Source: Halobacteriovoraceae bacterium
GTDB lineage: Bacteria > Bdellovibrionota > Bacteriovoracia > Bacteriovoracales > Bacteriovoracaceae
Direction of reading: 5' to 3'
Assembly (NCBI GenBank): GCA_963719505.1
Contig: CAVRCF010000005.1
Coordinates: 32,001-96,000, forward strand
Length of the DNA stretch: 64,000 nt
Position 1 is the first letter of the stretch. Every line of letters starts with the position of its first letter. Made by a program: the position numbers and the translations under genes. The notes under the pieces were generated by a model. That model did no database searches, was not told the origin of the DNA, and saw nothing but the letters and a program-made list of their open reading frames with translations. Below, piece by piece: positions 1 to 10,461 of the stretch.

Positions 1-2
1 TT

Positions 3-1120
3 GTGGATCATCCAATAAAGAGAGACCATTCAAGATTTAGAAAAATCAGTTAAAGGAAAGATTAGAGATAATCTAAAAAAATATATTTCTCAAGGTCAGC
101 AAATTATACCCAAAGGCAATGATAAGTTCACAGTTCCAATGCCTCAGATTGATATTCCAAGATTTCAATTTGGTGATAAAAGTCCAAGGCGGATCGGGTC
201 AAGGCCAAGGTGGAGAAGGTGATCCTGTCGATGGAAAACCTGGTGAAGGTGAGCCTGGTGAAGGTGAAGCTGGAGAGGGTGAAGGGAATAAAGAGCTCGA
301 AGTTGAGATGGATATTGAAGAACTAGCGAAGATCCTTGGAGATGAGCTTGAACTTCCCAATATTGAGCCTAAGGGAAAAAGGAAATAGCCTCAACTGTTG
401 ATCGCTATACCTCAGTTGGGACAGTGGGCCCTGATTCATTAAGACACTTAAAAAGAACTTATAAACAAGCTCTCAAAAGACAGATGTCTATGGGGACTTA
501 TGATCCTATGAACCCAAGAGTTGTTCCTATTCGTGCAGACTATCGTTATAGAGCCGCAAACACCACAACTGAGCTTCAAAACTCAGCGGTCGTGATTTAT
601 ATGATGGATGTTTCTGGTTCAATGGGTGAGGAGCAAAAAGAGATTGTAAGAACGGAATCTTTTTGGATAAATCTTTGGCTTAAAAGTCAGTATAAAGATA
701 TTGAGATGCGATATATTATTCACGATGCCACGGCTAAAGAAGTGGATGAAGATGTCTTTTTTAGAACGAGAGAAAGTGGTGGGACTTTGATTTCTTCCGC
801 TTTTAAACTCTGTAAGCATATTATTGAAACTGATTATGATCCTAATGAGTGGAATATCTATCCCTTTCATTTTAGCGATGGAGATAACTGGTCAGCAGAT
901 GACACAAAAGTCTGCATGGAGTCTGTTAGATGATTTCCTCTTACCGAATTCTAATATGTTTTGTTATGGGCAGGTTGAAAGTCGCTATGGTTCAGGGCAA
1001 TTCTATAAAGATCTCGCAACTAAATACGGAACTGATTCTGAAGATGTTATTCTGAGTAAAATTAAAGATAAGGAAGCCATTTTGGATTCAATTAAAGATT
1101 TTCTTGGAAAGGGTAAATAA
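3..1120 (+). CDS. yeaH: YeaH/YhbH (DUF444) family vWA-like protein, split by ~4 single-base frameshifts
   Basis: Stitched frames read [28 protein letters not shown]...IDIPRF, a Gly/Glu-rich linker, [17 protein letters not shown] and [14 protein letters not shown]; lies directly upstream of spoVR. Frameshifts near 49, 184, 380, 925. Confidence 0.85.
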
Positions 1121-2626
1121 TGTTAAGAACAAAAATGATAACGGGAAAATTACTTGATCTTCAAAGAGAGATTCAAGGTTATGCTGATGATTTTGGTCTC
1201 GATTATTTCCCGCAAGTTTTTGAAGTGTGTGACTACGATACGATTAATATTTTAGCCGCTCAAGGTGGCTTTCCTATTCGTTATCCTCATTGGAAATTTG
1301 GGATGGATTACGACCAGCTCTCAAACGGTTACCGTTTTGGTATTCAGAAAATTTATGAAATGGTTATCAATACTAGTCCTTGTTACGCCTATCTTTTAGA
1401 GGTAAACAATTGGCTAGATCAAAAACTAGTGATGGCCCATGTTTACGGACATAATGATTTCTTTAAAAATAATATGTGGTTACAGCCATACCAATAAAAA
1501 CATGATGGATGTCATGGCCAATAACGGAACAAAAATACGCCGTTATATGGAAAAGTATGGGCAGGATCGAGTCGAGCAGTTTCATCGACAAAGTCCTCTC
1601 GTTGGAAAATCTTTTAGATGTGAATCATCTTTTTGAAACGAATGAAGTGGTTCAAAGTCGAAAGGAAAAACTAAAGCAAGCTTCTATTGAAGCTGAAAAC
1701 GATGGTTATATGATGGATGATCGAAGCCAAGCTTTAAAGTCTTTTATGAACTCAAACAAAAGACAAGTAGCTAAAGAAGAGCCGGAAGAAGAAGTTAGTG
1801 ACTTTAGTGCAGAAAATAATACTGATAAAGGCAAAAGAGATATCTTAAAATTTCTCATTGAAAATGCACCATTAGAAGAATGGGAAGCTGATATTATAGG
1901 GTGTCTTAGAGAAGAGGCTTACTACTTTCTTCCACAAAGAATGACAAAAATAATGAATGAAGGGTGGGCAAGTTATTGGCACTCTACAATCTTGACTCAA
2001 AAAGCTCTATGATCCCAACGAGTTTATTGATTTCGCTGACATCCATGCTGGTGTTATGGTGATGAGTAAACAAAATATTAATCCCTATAAAATAGGTATT
2101 GAGCTCATGCGTGATATTGAGTACCGCTGGAATACCGGAAAGTTTGGTAAAGACTATAACGAGTGTCCCTCAATGCACGATAAGGAAAATTGGAATACCA
2201 AATCTTGGACTTGGAAGAGAGAAGATCTTTGAAGTGAGGAAGTCCCATAACGATATTACCTTTTTGGAAGAATTTTTAACTCCAGAGTTCTGTAATCGCC
2301 AGCAATTATTTACTTATAAGTATAATCCGAGATCTGGAAGAATGGAGATCGATTCAAGAGATTTTGAAGCTATAAAGCAAAAGCTTTTAACACAGCTTAC
2401 AAATTTTGGATCACCTATAATTCAAGTGGAAGATTCAAATTTTAAAAATAGAAAAGAGCTCCTATTAAAACACGTTCACGGGGGAGTCGATCTAGATATG
2501 CAGTTTGCTGATGCCACGATGAGAAATCTTTATGCCTTATGGAAAAGGCCGGTTAACCTTGCAACTATCGTTGAAGACAAAGAGACCGTTTTTAATTTTA
2601 ATGGAAACGAACTCAAAGCTCTCTAG
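1120..2626 (+). CDS. spoVR: SpoVR (YcgB) family protein, split by several frameshifts
   Basis: [67 protein letters not shown] and LWKRPVNL occur across consecutive ORF fragments. Confidence 0.88.
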
Positions 2627-3522
2627 TATTTAAGACCCTGAGAGCTTTGTTTAAGATAGTCTTTGAAAAGCCCTTGAAGATTTTTCGTAACCTTGAATTT
2701 ATCTACTTCAAATTTTTTATTATCAATTTGGCCAACAGGCATAACTTCTCTCGTAGAAGATGTTATAAAAGCCTCATCCGCTTGCTCAATATCTTTTAAG
2801 GTTAAAGCTTTGATCTTTAACTCCAGTTTATTGACCTTACAAATTTCAATGAGCTTCTCCCTGGTTATTCCTTTGAGAAGACCAGCTTCTGCCCCAGGAG
2901 TGTAGATGACATCATTTTTAACAAGCCAGAAATTGAAACTAGATCCTTCCGTTATTTTATTTTCCCCATTGAGCATAATGGCATCATTAAAGCCAAAAGA
3001 TTTTGCCTCACTTATGGCCATGACGTTATTGAGATAGTTACCTGACTTCGCTTCAGGATTAGTGGAGCGAGAATCATTTCTTAAGACGCTTACGACTTTA
3101 AGTTTTATTCCCTGTTGATAGTATAGTGGAGGGTGCACAGGCTTTGGTTTTACGATAATAATGAGGTTATTGCTCTTACTTTCAGTTGGATCAAGGGAGA
3201 GCTCACTTTCACCCCTGGTCAGAATAATCCTAATATAAGCTTCTGGAATATTTGCTTCCTTTAAAGTTTTAAGGCACTGGTCAATCAGTTGATCTTTTGA
3301 GTAGGTAATATTCATTTTTAAAAGAGCAGCAGACACAAAAAGCCGTTCAAGATGATCATTGAAAAAATAAAGAGTACTATCCCTGGAATAGGCGACTTCA
3401 TAAATTGAGTCACCATAAAGAAAGCCTCGATCAAAAACAGATATTTTGGCATCTTTTTTGGCAACAATGGATCCATTGATATTGATAAAGGTATCTATAA
3501 AAGGTGGTTTACTGTTGTTCAT
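2623..3522 (-). CDS. PLP-dependent aminotransferase class IV (branched-chain / D-amino-acid aminotransferase-like)
   Basis: DRGFLYGDSIYEV, HLERL, KSGNYLNN (PLP Lys), EGSSFN, LLKGITR, DEAFITSS. Confidence 0.85.
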   Translation of the reverse strand: MNNSKPPFIDTFININGSIVAKKDAKISVFDRGFLYGDSIYEVAYSRDSTLYFFNDHLERLFVSAALLKMNITYSKDQLIDQCLKTLKEANIPEAYIRIILTRGESELSLDPTESKSNNLIIIVKPKPVHPPLYYQQGIKLKVVSVLRNDSRSTNPEAKSGNYLNNVMAISEAKSFGFNDAIMLNGENKITEGSSFNFWLVKNDVIYTPGAEAGLLKGITREKLIEICKVNKLELKIKALTLKDIEQADEAFITSSTREVMPVGQIDNKKFEVDKFKVTKNLQGLFKDYLKQSSQGLKY

Positions 3523-4915
3523 TTTGCAGTTTTATAAGCTCGTTATCTAGCTCTTCTATATCTTTTTGATTAATATACACTTCTTCATCAATCTTTTGAT
3601 CAACAACAGATGCTATTAGTCTATTTGTAAGGTTGTTTTCTTCACTTATGACTTTATCTTCACGGTTTGTGGTTAGGGTAAAGTTCTCCCAAATCTCTAA
3701 ATGAAATTGCATCCAACAGTTAAAGCCGTCTTGATTTTTACAGCTAAGGTCTGCGTAGGTTTGAGCTTTGTCGAGGTCGTTAAGCATCATGGCGTTAAAA
3801 GAATAGAGCTTATTAACCTCCGGGCTTTGAGAATTTCTACTTCCAACAACGATTCTCTCAAGATCGTTTGCCGACTCTTTATGAGAGCCATTACTTGCTT
3901 TAAAAGCCGCAAGAACCGTCAGCTTTTTGTATTTATCTTCTGTTTTGTTTTCAAGTTTGGAGATATAGTCTATTCCGTCTTGCCACTGCTTTAATGTCCA
4001 AGCTAATGGAATCATTCTTTCAATACTATTTTGGGAATTAATCTTTTTTTGAAGAGCAAGTTTAAACTGTGCATAGGCCAGTTCGTACTTTTCTTGAGAG
4101 AGATAAATATTTCCCTTTATATTTTGAGAGTTGGGAGAGGTTAAATCTTCAATAAATTGATAGGCCTTAACGATTTTTCCCTCTCGATAATAAAGCATAC
4201 CGACTAACTCTCTAATCTCAGGATCTGTGTAGACTTCAGGATTGAGAAACTTTAACCTCTCAAGTATCTTTTGTTGTTGTCCTAGATATAAAGAGAGCTT
4301 TAAAAAAAGTTTTAAATATCGTCCTGTTTCATTTTCAATATTTATGGATTTAAAAGGAATCGTTGTGGCCTTCGCATCCTTAGTAAGCTTTAGATTAACA
4401 AGAGTAGACATCCACACATGTTCGGTATCTGATTGAGTAAGAGTTGCATCGACACATCTGTTCCAATCCTTTGCTGCATCTTCAGCTTTATCTAAGATCA
4501 AGTAGTTCATCGTTCTCAGTAAACATAGATTCTTAGTGTAGGATAAGTTCAACATCTCTTTTTTTGTCAGATATTCAAGTGACTTGTCGTACTCACCTTG
4601 AATAAAGTAGATCATCGATAGGTATCTATACTTTATCACTTGGGCGTACTTGTCTTTGGAGTTATCTGAGATGAGCATTAGTTTTGCTTTTTCAAGATTT
4701 CCGTTAATCATATAAAATTTTATTGTCCCTAAACTTTGGTTTATTCTTTTACCATTATTAAGCTTTCTATAAAATTCAAGTCCGTTTACATCCGCCTCAA
4801 ACATCGGATAGGTGAATGTCCCTCGTTTTTCAATGAAGTAGTCGTTCTGATTTATATCCCCGGCTGAAGCGGAAAATATAACGAAATGGAGAAGGCTAAA
4901 TAAAAATAATCTCAT
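3509..4915 (-). CDS. secreted TPR-like helical repeat protein, function unknown
   Basis: N-terminal signal peptide; repeated TPR-like segments (LSMIYFIQGEYDKSLEYL, VGMLYYREGKIVKAYQF, KGNIYLSQEKYELAYAQFKLAL). Confidence 0.6.
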   Translation of the reverse strand: MRLFLFSLLHFVIFSASAGDINQNDYFIEKRGTFTYPMFEADVNGLEFYRKLNNGKRINQSLGTIKFYMINGNLEKAKLMLISDNSKDKYAQVIKYRYLSMIYFIQGEYDKSLEYLTKKEMLNLSYTKNLCLLRTMNYLILDKAEDAAKDWNRCVDATLTQSDTEHVWMSTLVNLKLTKDAKATTIPFKSINIENETGRYLKLFLKLSLYLGQQQKILERLKFLNPEVYTDPEIRELVGMLYYREGKIVKAYQFIEDLTSPNSQNIKGNIYLSQEKYELAYAQFKLALQKKINSQNSIERMIPLAWTLKQWQDGIDYISKLENKTEDKYKKLTVLAAFKASNGSHKESANDLERIVVGSRNSQSPEVNKLYSFNAMMLNDLDKAQTYADLSCKNQDGFNCWMQFHLEIWENFTLTTNREDKVISEENNLTNRLIASVVDQKIDEEVYINQKDIEELDNELIKLQNEQQ

Positions 4916-4923
4916 TACTTAAC

Positions 4924-4950
4924 CTATCGTCTTTTATTCCGATAAGTTTA
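4924..4950 (-). promoter_or_regulatory. putative sigma-28 (FliA) promoter for the TPR gene
   Basis: Minus strand reads TAAA-N15-GACGATAG, ending 8 nt before the ATG at 4915. Confidence 0.45.
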
Positions 4951-4969
4951 CATATAAACAAGGATTTAG

Positions 4970-6634
4970 ATGACTTTTTTAGTTGGGTTTTTAACATTAT
5001 TGACCAGTTTATCAAGCTTCGCACTTGTGCCACTTGAGGGTCTTCTCTATGGAGATGTCGCAGAAATTCGCCAAAACGATCCTCTAGAAGGTGTCTTCTC
5101 CAGTAATGCGATCGCTCAACCAAAGCTTCTCAATGAACAAAGAATAAAGAGTTTTAAAGAGTACTTAGGTCTCTATCAGCAGGGGAAAAATTTAAAAAAA
5201 TCATGTCAATTTTCAAATACATTTCAATACGCAACCCCTTGGAAAGAAAAGACCGCTAAAAGAGTCGTTGCTTCTACATTGCAGTATATTGGTATCGATC
5301 AAACGATGAAGGCCATTGTGGAATACGTAAAGCTTCTGGAGTATTCAGATGATCAATTTAACAAACTCTCTACCAATCTTCTCAATAATACATGTTCGAA
5401 GAACTTGACTCTCTATTCATTAAAACTTCTAAGAGATAATTTTAAAAGCTTATATGACAATCACACCAAGGGACAATTCGAGCTTCCAAGCCTTGTTGAT
5501 TCTCCTTTTTATTCTGAGGATGTAAAACTCATCTCCAATTCCATTAGAGCTAAAAAAAATGAATTGGAACTCAGTGTAAGGGCTTTTAGAGCATTTTGTT
5601 CTTGGGATGGAGATACTGATAATTATCGTTTGTTGACACCTTACTTACAAAACCCTTTTGTGATGATTATTGTTTATAATAATCTTCTCGATCGAAAAAT
5701 TAGCTACAATAGTGAGAGAACTTTATTGGAATATGCTAAAGCTCAGAAATCTGTTCAGGTATCTTGTGATAATTTAATTTGCAGAAGATCAAATAGTGCA
5801 ACATTTAAACAAAAGTTTCCAAGAATCGTGGGAACGACTGAGTTGATGACAGACCTTACAGTACTGTACTGCGGTCATTTTTCAAAGCTTGATTATGATA
5901 CAAAAAACCAAGGAAAGGTCATATCCTCGTGGATAAAAGAGACCACAATAGATTCACCCCATCTGGAGTCGATGAATTTTCTAAGCCTTCTTACCAAAAG
6001 GTCTGACATCTTGATTGGGTTAGATAGTTATAAAGATGTTAATAAAGTTTTGAAATCCTCTATTGATAGTCGTTGGAATAAATGGGCGAGTGAGAAAACA
6101 TCAAATTTAGTTACCGATTTACTATTTGAAGAGTCGCTCAACGTTGACTTAAAAACACTGGTCAATACTCCGTCAAATTATAAAGGTGACCTAAAGCTTA
6201 TCTTTGATTTTACCTTAGGAGAGATGGATAGAGTCCTAGAGGATGATGATAAAGTGACATCTAAGTTTCATCTCGATATTCCAGAAAACTATCTGCGTTG
6301 GATGAGAAAAGAATATATAGCAAAGAATAACCTTTCAGATTATGAAGGTCTAAAAGAACTTGAGAAAAAAGTTGAAACTTATATTGAGTCCTTACTCGAT
6401 AAAAAGAAAAAGTTTTTCCTCATCCCTCTTTGGAATGATCGCATGGCTTCAATTATGGCCAGAGAACTTCAGACTCAGCTTGTTGAGTATAAAGGCTCTA
6501 AATTTAGAAATTTAACCAATAAAGCGGTCTCAATTCCTGTCGAATTTCGTTATGGTCTATTTGCATTAAAATACCTCAATGAAAAATTTAAAGCTAAATA
6601 TCGCTCAGTTGGTTCCGTTTCGACCCAACCCTAG
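4970..6634 (+). CDS. secreted hypothetical protein
   Basis: 554-aa ORF with signal peptide (...SSFA|LVP) and several Cys; family not recognised. Confidence 0.7.
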   Translation: MTFLVGFLTLLTSLSSFALVPLEGLLYGDVAEIRQNDPLEGVFSSNAIAQPKLLNEQRIKSFKEYLGLYQQGKNLKKSCQFSNTFQYATPWKEKTAKRVVASTLQYIGIDQTMKAIVEYVKLLEYSDDQFNKLSTNLLNNTCSKNLTLYSLKLLRDNFKSLYDNHTKGQFELPSLVDSPFYSEDVKLISNSIRAKKNELELSVRAFRAFCSWDGDTDNYRLLTPYLQNPFVMIIVYNNLLDRKISYNSERTLLEYAKAQKSVQVSCDNLICRRSNSATFKQKFPRIVGTTELMTDLTVLYCGHFSKLDYDTKNQGKVISSWIKETTIDSPHLESMNFLSLLTKRSDILIGLDSYKDVNKVLKSSIDSRWNKWASEKTSNLVTDLLFEESLNVDLKTLVNTPSNYKGDLKLIFDFTLGEMDRVLEDDDKVTSKFHLDIPENYLRWMRKEYIAKNNLSDYEGLKELEKKVETYIESLLDKKKKFFLIPLWNDRMASIMARELQTQLVEYKGSKFRNLTNKAVSIPVEFRYGLFALKYLNEKFKAKYRSVGSVSTQP

Positions 6635-6698
6635 AGATTTTCTGTACTTTTTACCCCAGCTCCCTTGACATTTTTGGCTAAGACACCAATATAGGCTC

Positions 6699-7724
6699 AT
6701 GACAAAAAAATCCAAAACTCCCACAGTAGAAGTGCTTTCAAAAGAAGAAGAGCTGACCGGAGAAGAAAATATAGATAACCAAGATATTATTGAAGCTTTT
6801 AGGTCTGGCTCAACACAGGATCAACTCGAAATTATTGAAAACCTTCTGCCAACCACATCCGTGGGACGAGACTTAGTTCGAAAAGATAATGAAGCCTATA
6901 CCGACACCCTAAAACAATACATTAAAGACATTTCTCGCCACAAACTCCTTAGTCCAAAAGAAGAAGCTGACCTTATAGGCCAGCTTATGGAGACTGGAGA
7001 TATAGAGGCCGCAAAGAAACTCGTCTTGGCGAACCTGCGCTTAGTAGTAAAAATTTCTTTGGAATACAAAAGCGCTTACCAAAATGTAATGGATCTTATT
7101 CAGGAAGGGAATATCGGTTTGATGAAAGCTGTCTCTAAGTACAACCCAGATAAAGGAGCCAAGCTTTCTTATTATGCAAGTTGGTGGATAAAATCATATA
7201 TTTTAAAGTTCATCCTCGATAATTTTAGACTCATCAAAATTGGAACAACCGCTGATCAGAAGAAACTTTTCTACAACCTTATGAAAGAGAAGGATAGATT
7301 AGCAGCGCAAGGAATTGAGCCCACTCCAAAACTCATTTCTGAAAACTTAGGCGTTAGCGAAAAAGCGGTGATTCAAATGGATCAAAGACTCGGCTCCTCT
7401 GGATCTGAAGTTAGCATGGACTACGGTGTAGGAGATGAGGGGCTTGGAAGTATTAGTGATTTCTTAGCGGCCAGTGATACCGATATTGATGACCAGTTGA
7501 GTCATATGGAGAGTCTAGATATTTTACAAGATAACCTCAAAGACTTTTTGGCCGATTTAAAGGTTCGAGATAGAGATATCTTTAAGAAACGTCTTTTGAG
7601 TGAAGTTCCTCCAAGTCTTCAATCAATTGCCGATGATTATGGCGTCTCTAGAGAGAGAATAAGGCAGATTGAAGAGCGACTCCTTAAGAAATTAAAGGTT
7701 TACATGTCTGACTTTTTAGAGTAA
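6699..7724 (+). CDS. rpoH: RNA polymerase sigma-32 family factor
   Basis: ANLRLVVKI, DLIQEGNIGLMKAV, YASWWIK, RpoH-box QKKLFYNL, and region 4 GVSRERIRQIE. Confidence 0.85.
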   Translation: MTKKSKTPTVEVLSKEEELTGEENIDNQDIIEAFRSGSTQDQLEIIENLLPTTSVGRDLVRKDNEAYTDTLKQYIKDISRHKLLSPKEEADLIGQLMETGDIEAAKKLVLANLRLVVKISLEYKSAYQNVMDLIQEGNIGLMKAVSKYNPDKGAKLSYYASWWIKSYILKFILDNFRLIKIGTTADQKKLFYNLMKEKDRLAAQGIEPTPKLISENLGVSEKAVIQMDQRLGSSGSEVSMDYGVGDEGLGSISDFLAASDTDIDDQLSHMESLDILQDNLKDFLADLKVRDRDIFKKRLLSEVPPSLQSIADDYGVSRERIRQIEERLLKKLKVYMSDFLE

Positions 7725-7796
7725 AAAAGGGCACTTAATTCATTCTAGGTTTTGAAAATAACTTTAATTCTTGGTTTGAATCGTATGGAGAATATT

Positions 7797-8063
7797 ATGA
7801 TTACAAAAGCTAAAACAGCTGAATTAACAGCACAATTTGGTGGTTCTGAGAAAAACACTGGTCTTCCAGAAGTTCAAATCGCTATCATGACTGAAAGAAT
7901 TAAAAACCTTACAGCTCACTTTGGAGATCACAAAGCTGATCACCACTCTAAAAGAGGACTTATGAAACTTATTGGTCGTCGTAGAAGACTTCTTAGATAT
8001 ATTCAAGGTAAAGATGAAGCTAAATACCAAGAAACAATTAAAGCTCTTGGATTAAGAAAGTAA
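7797..8063 (+). CDS. rpsO: 30S ribosomal protein S15
   Basis: TGLPEVQIAIMTERIKNLTAH...DHHSKRGLMKLIGRRRRLLRY...LGLRK; GGAG RBS at 7787-7790. Confidence 0.97.
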   Translation: MITKAKTAELTAQFGGSEKNTGLPEVQIAIMTERIKNLTAHFGDHKADHHSKRGLMKLIGRRRRLLRYIQGKDEAKYQETIKALGLRK

Positions 8064-8088
8064 TTAAAACTAAAATTAATTGTTGAAG

Positions 8089-8113
8089 AAGGCTCCTAGT
8101 AGGAGCCTTTTTT
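8089..8113 (+). terminator. rho-independent terminator after rpsO
   Basis: AAGGCTCCT-AGT-AGGAGCCTT followed by a T run. Confidence 0.85.
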
Positions 8114-8169
8114 ATTGTCAAAATAATTTTAATGCTGGGCGCATAATTGAGATAAAAAGCAATTATTGG

Positions 8170-8198
8170 TTCCTAAAGCGTAATAAATTCAATATAAT
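8170..8198 (+). promoter_or_regulatory. putative sigma-70 promoter of pnp
   Basis: TTCCTA-17 bp-TATAAT, located upstream of the pnp leader hairpin. Confidence 0.5.
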
Positions 8199-8220
8199 GA
8201 GCGCAATTATTATTTAATCA

Positions 8221-8310
8221 TCCCAGTGGGTGTCGCTGTTTATGGGGATATATAATGGACTAGTTATTAGTTGATTATATATCTTTATTAAACACTTCGA
8301 TCTTCTGGGA
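8221..8310 (+). promoter_or_regulatory. long stem-loop in the pnp 5' leader (RNase III / autoregulation-type)
   Basis: Nested complementary pairs TCCCAG/CTGGGA, TGTTTA/TAAACA, GATATATAAT/ATTATATATC, GACTAG/TTAGTT. Confidence 0.7.
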
Positions 8311-8329
8311 ATATTCTAAGGAGAAAAAA

Positions 8330-10448
8330 ATGATTAATAACAAAAAAGAGTTTACGTTTCAATTACGGTGAAAAAGAAGTAACACTCGAAACTGGTCGTT
8401 TGGCAAAACAAGCAGATGGTGCAGTTCTTGTAACATCTGGAGAAACTCAAGTTTTAGTAACTGTTGTTTCAGCTCACGAAGTAAAAGATGGACAAGATTT
8501 TTTTCCATTAATGGTTGATTACAAAGAAAAATTCTCAGCTGCAGGTAAGTTCTTAGGTGGATTTATGAAAAGAGAAGGGAGACCTTCAAATGCAGAAATT
8601 CTTTTAATGAGAATGACTGACCGTCCATTAAGACCACTTTTCCCATCGGGATATATGGCCGAAACAATTGTTATGGCACAGGTTTTATCTTTTGACGGAG
8701 AAACTGATCCTGAAGTTCTTGCTGGACTTGGAACAGCTGCTGCTCTTGCGATTTCAGATATTCCTTTTGCAGGACCAATTGGATTTTGTAAAGTTGGAAA
8801 GGTTGATGGAAAGCTTGTTCTTAACCCATCAATTGAAGCTTGGGAAAATTCAACAATTGAATTAGTTCTAGCTGCAAGTAAAGATGCAATTTTAATGGTT
8901 GAAGGTGAGGCTGACGAAGTTTCTGAAGAGAAATGATGGAAGCGTTAATGTTTGGTCAAAAAGAAATCGGAAAATTCTGTGAAGTCATCGATACTATGGT
9001 CGCAGAGTGTGGGAAGCCGAAAAGAGAATTCGTAAGCTCTGATGCGAACTCAACTCTTACAGCTAAGATGAATGACTATACTTCTAAGGCCAGAGAAAGT
9101 TTAGCTATCAACAATAAACAATTGAGATCAAAAGCAATCTCTGCACTGACCAAAGAAGTTACAGCGGATATTAAAGCGAACCCAGAAGCATTTGGATTAA
9201 CATCTGATGACTCTGCTGGAAAATCAGCCTACCAAGGTGTTGATGATCTTCTTTACACAATGATGAGAAAAGATATTCTTGACGATGGAAAAAGAATTGC
9301 TGGTCGTGCATTAACTGAAGTTCGTGAAATCGAAACTGAAGTTGCAGTCTTAAAAAGACCACATGGTTCATCTCTATTTACAAGAGGGGAAACTCAAGTT
9401 CTTGCTACGGCAACTCTTGGTGGAAAAGAAGGCGAGCAAATGGCTGACTCTATCCATGGTGTAAGCTTTCAAAAATTCTACCTTCACTATACTTTCGCTC
9501 CTTACTCAGTAGGTGAAGCAAGAGGTTATAGAGGAGTTGGTCGTCGTGAAGTTGGTCACGGTAACCTTGCAGAAAGAGCCCTTAAGAAAATGCTTCCAAA
9601 AGACTTTCCATATACAGTTAGACTTACTTGTGAAGTCACTGAATCAAATGGTTCAAGTTCTATGGGTTCTGTTTGTTCAGGTTCAATGGCATTAATGGAT
9701 GCTGGTGTTCCGATGATTAAGCCAGTTGCAGGTGATTGCAATGGGACTTATTAAAGAAGGCGAAAAATTCACAATTCTTACAGATATTTTAGGGGACGAA
9801 GATCATTTAGGTGATATGGACTTTAAAGTGGCTGGTACAACTGAAGGTATCACAGCGATTCAAATGGATATTAAGATCACTGGTATTACAGAAGAGATCT
9901 TCACTAAAGCAATGACTCAAGCAAAAGAAGCTAGACTTCATATTCTTGGTGAGATGGCGAAAACAATTTCTGCTCCTAAGCCAAGCTACAAAAATGGTGT
10001 TCCAACAATTAAGACTGTTCAAATTGCAACAGATAAAATTGGTGCACTTATTGGACCTGGTGGAAAAAATATCAAAGCTCTTCAAGAAGACTTTGATGTT
10101 AATATCGAAATCGATGAAGACGGAACAGTTAAGGTTCTTGGTGTTGATGCTGAAAAACTTTCAGATTGTGTTATGTCGATTGATATGCAAATTAACGGTC
10201 CAAAAATTGGAACTGAGTACGATGCTAAAGTCGTAACAATCAAAGAGTACGGTGCATTCGTTGATATCGCTAAAGGTGTCTCAGGTCTAGTTCACGTAAG
10301 TGAAATGGCAGATGAAAGAGTAAAAGATCCAAATGACTATGTTTCTGAAGGTGATACGATTAAAGTAAAAGTTTTAGAAGTTGATCGATTTGGAAAAGTT
10401 AAGCTTTCGGCTAAAGCATGTGCTCCATTAAAAAATAAAAAAGCATAA
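8330..10448 (+). CDS. pnp: polyribonucleotide nucleotidyltransferase (PNPase), split by 3 single-base frameshifts
   Basis: ETGRLAKQADGAV, DFFPLMVDYKEK, DRPLRPLF, HGSSLFTRGETQ, RREVGHGNLA, SNGSSSM, DHLGDMDFKVAG, KH (IGPGGKNI) and S1 domains. Shifts near 8363, 8932, 9734. Confidence 0.95.
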
Positions 10449-10461
10449 GCATTAGTACTTA

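Noticed and set aside
190-290. GGTGAA-type tandem repeats
   Set aside because: Encode the Gly-Glu linker typical of DUF444 proteins.
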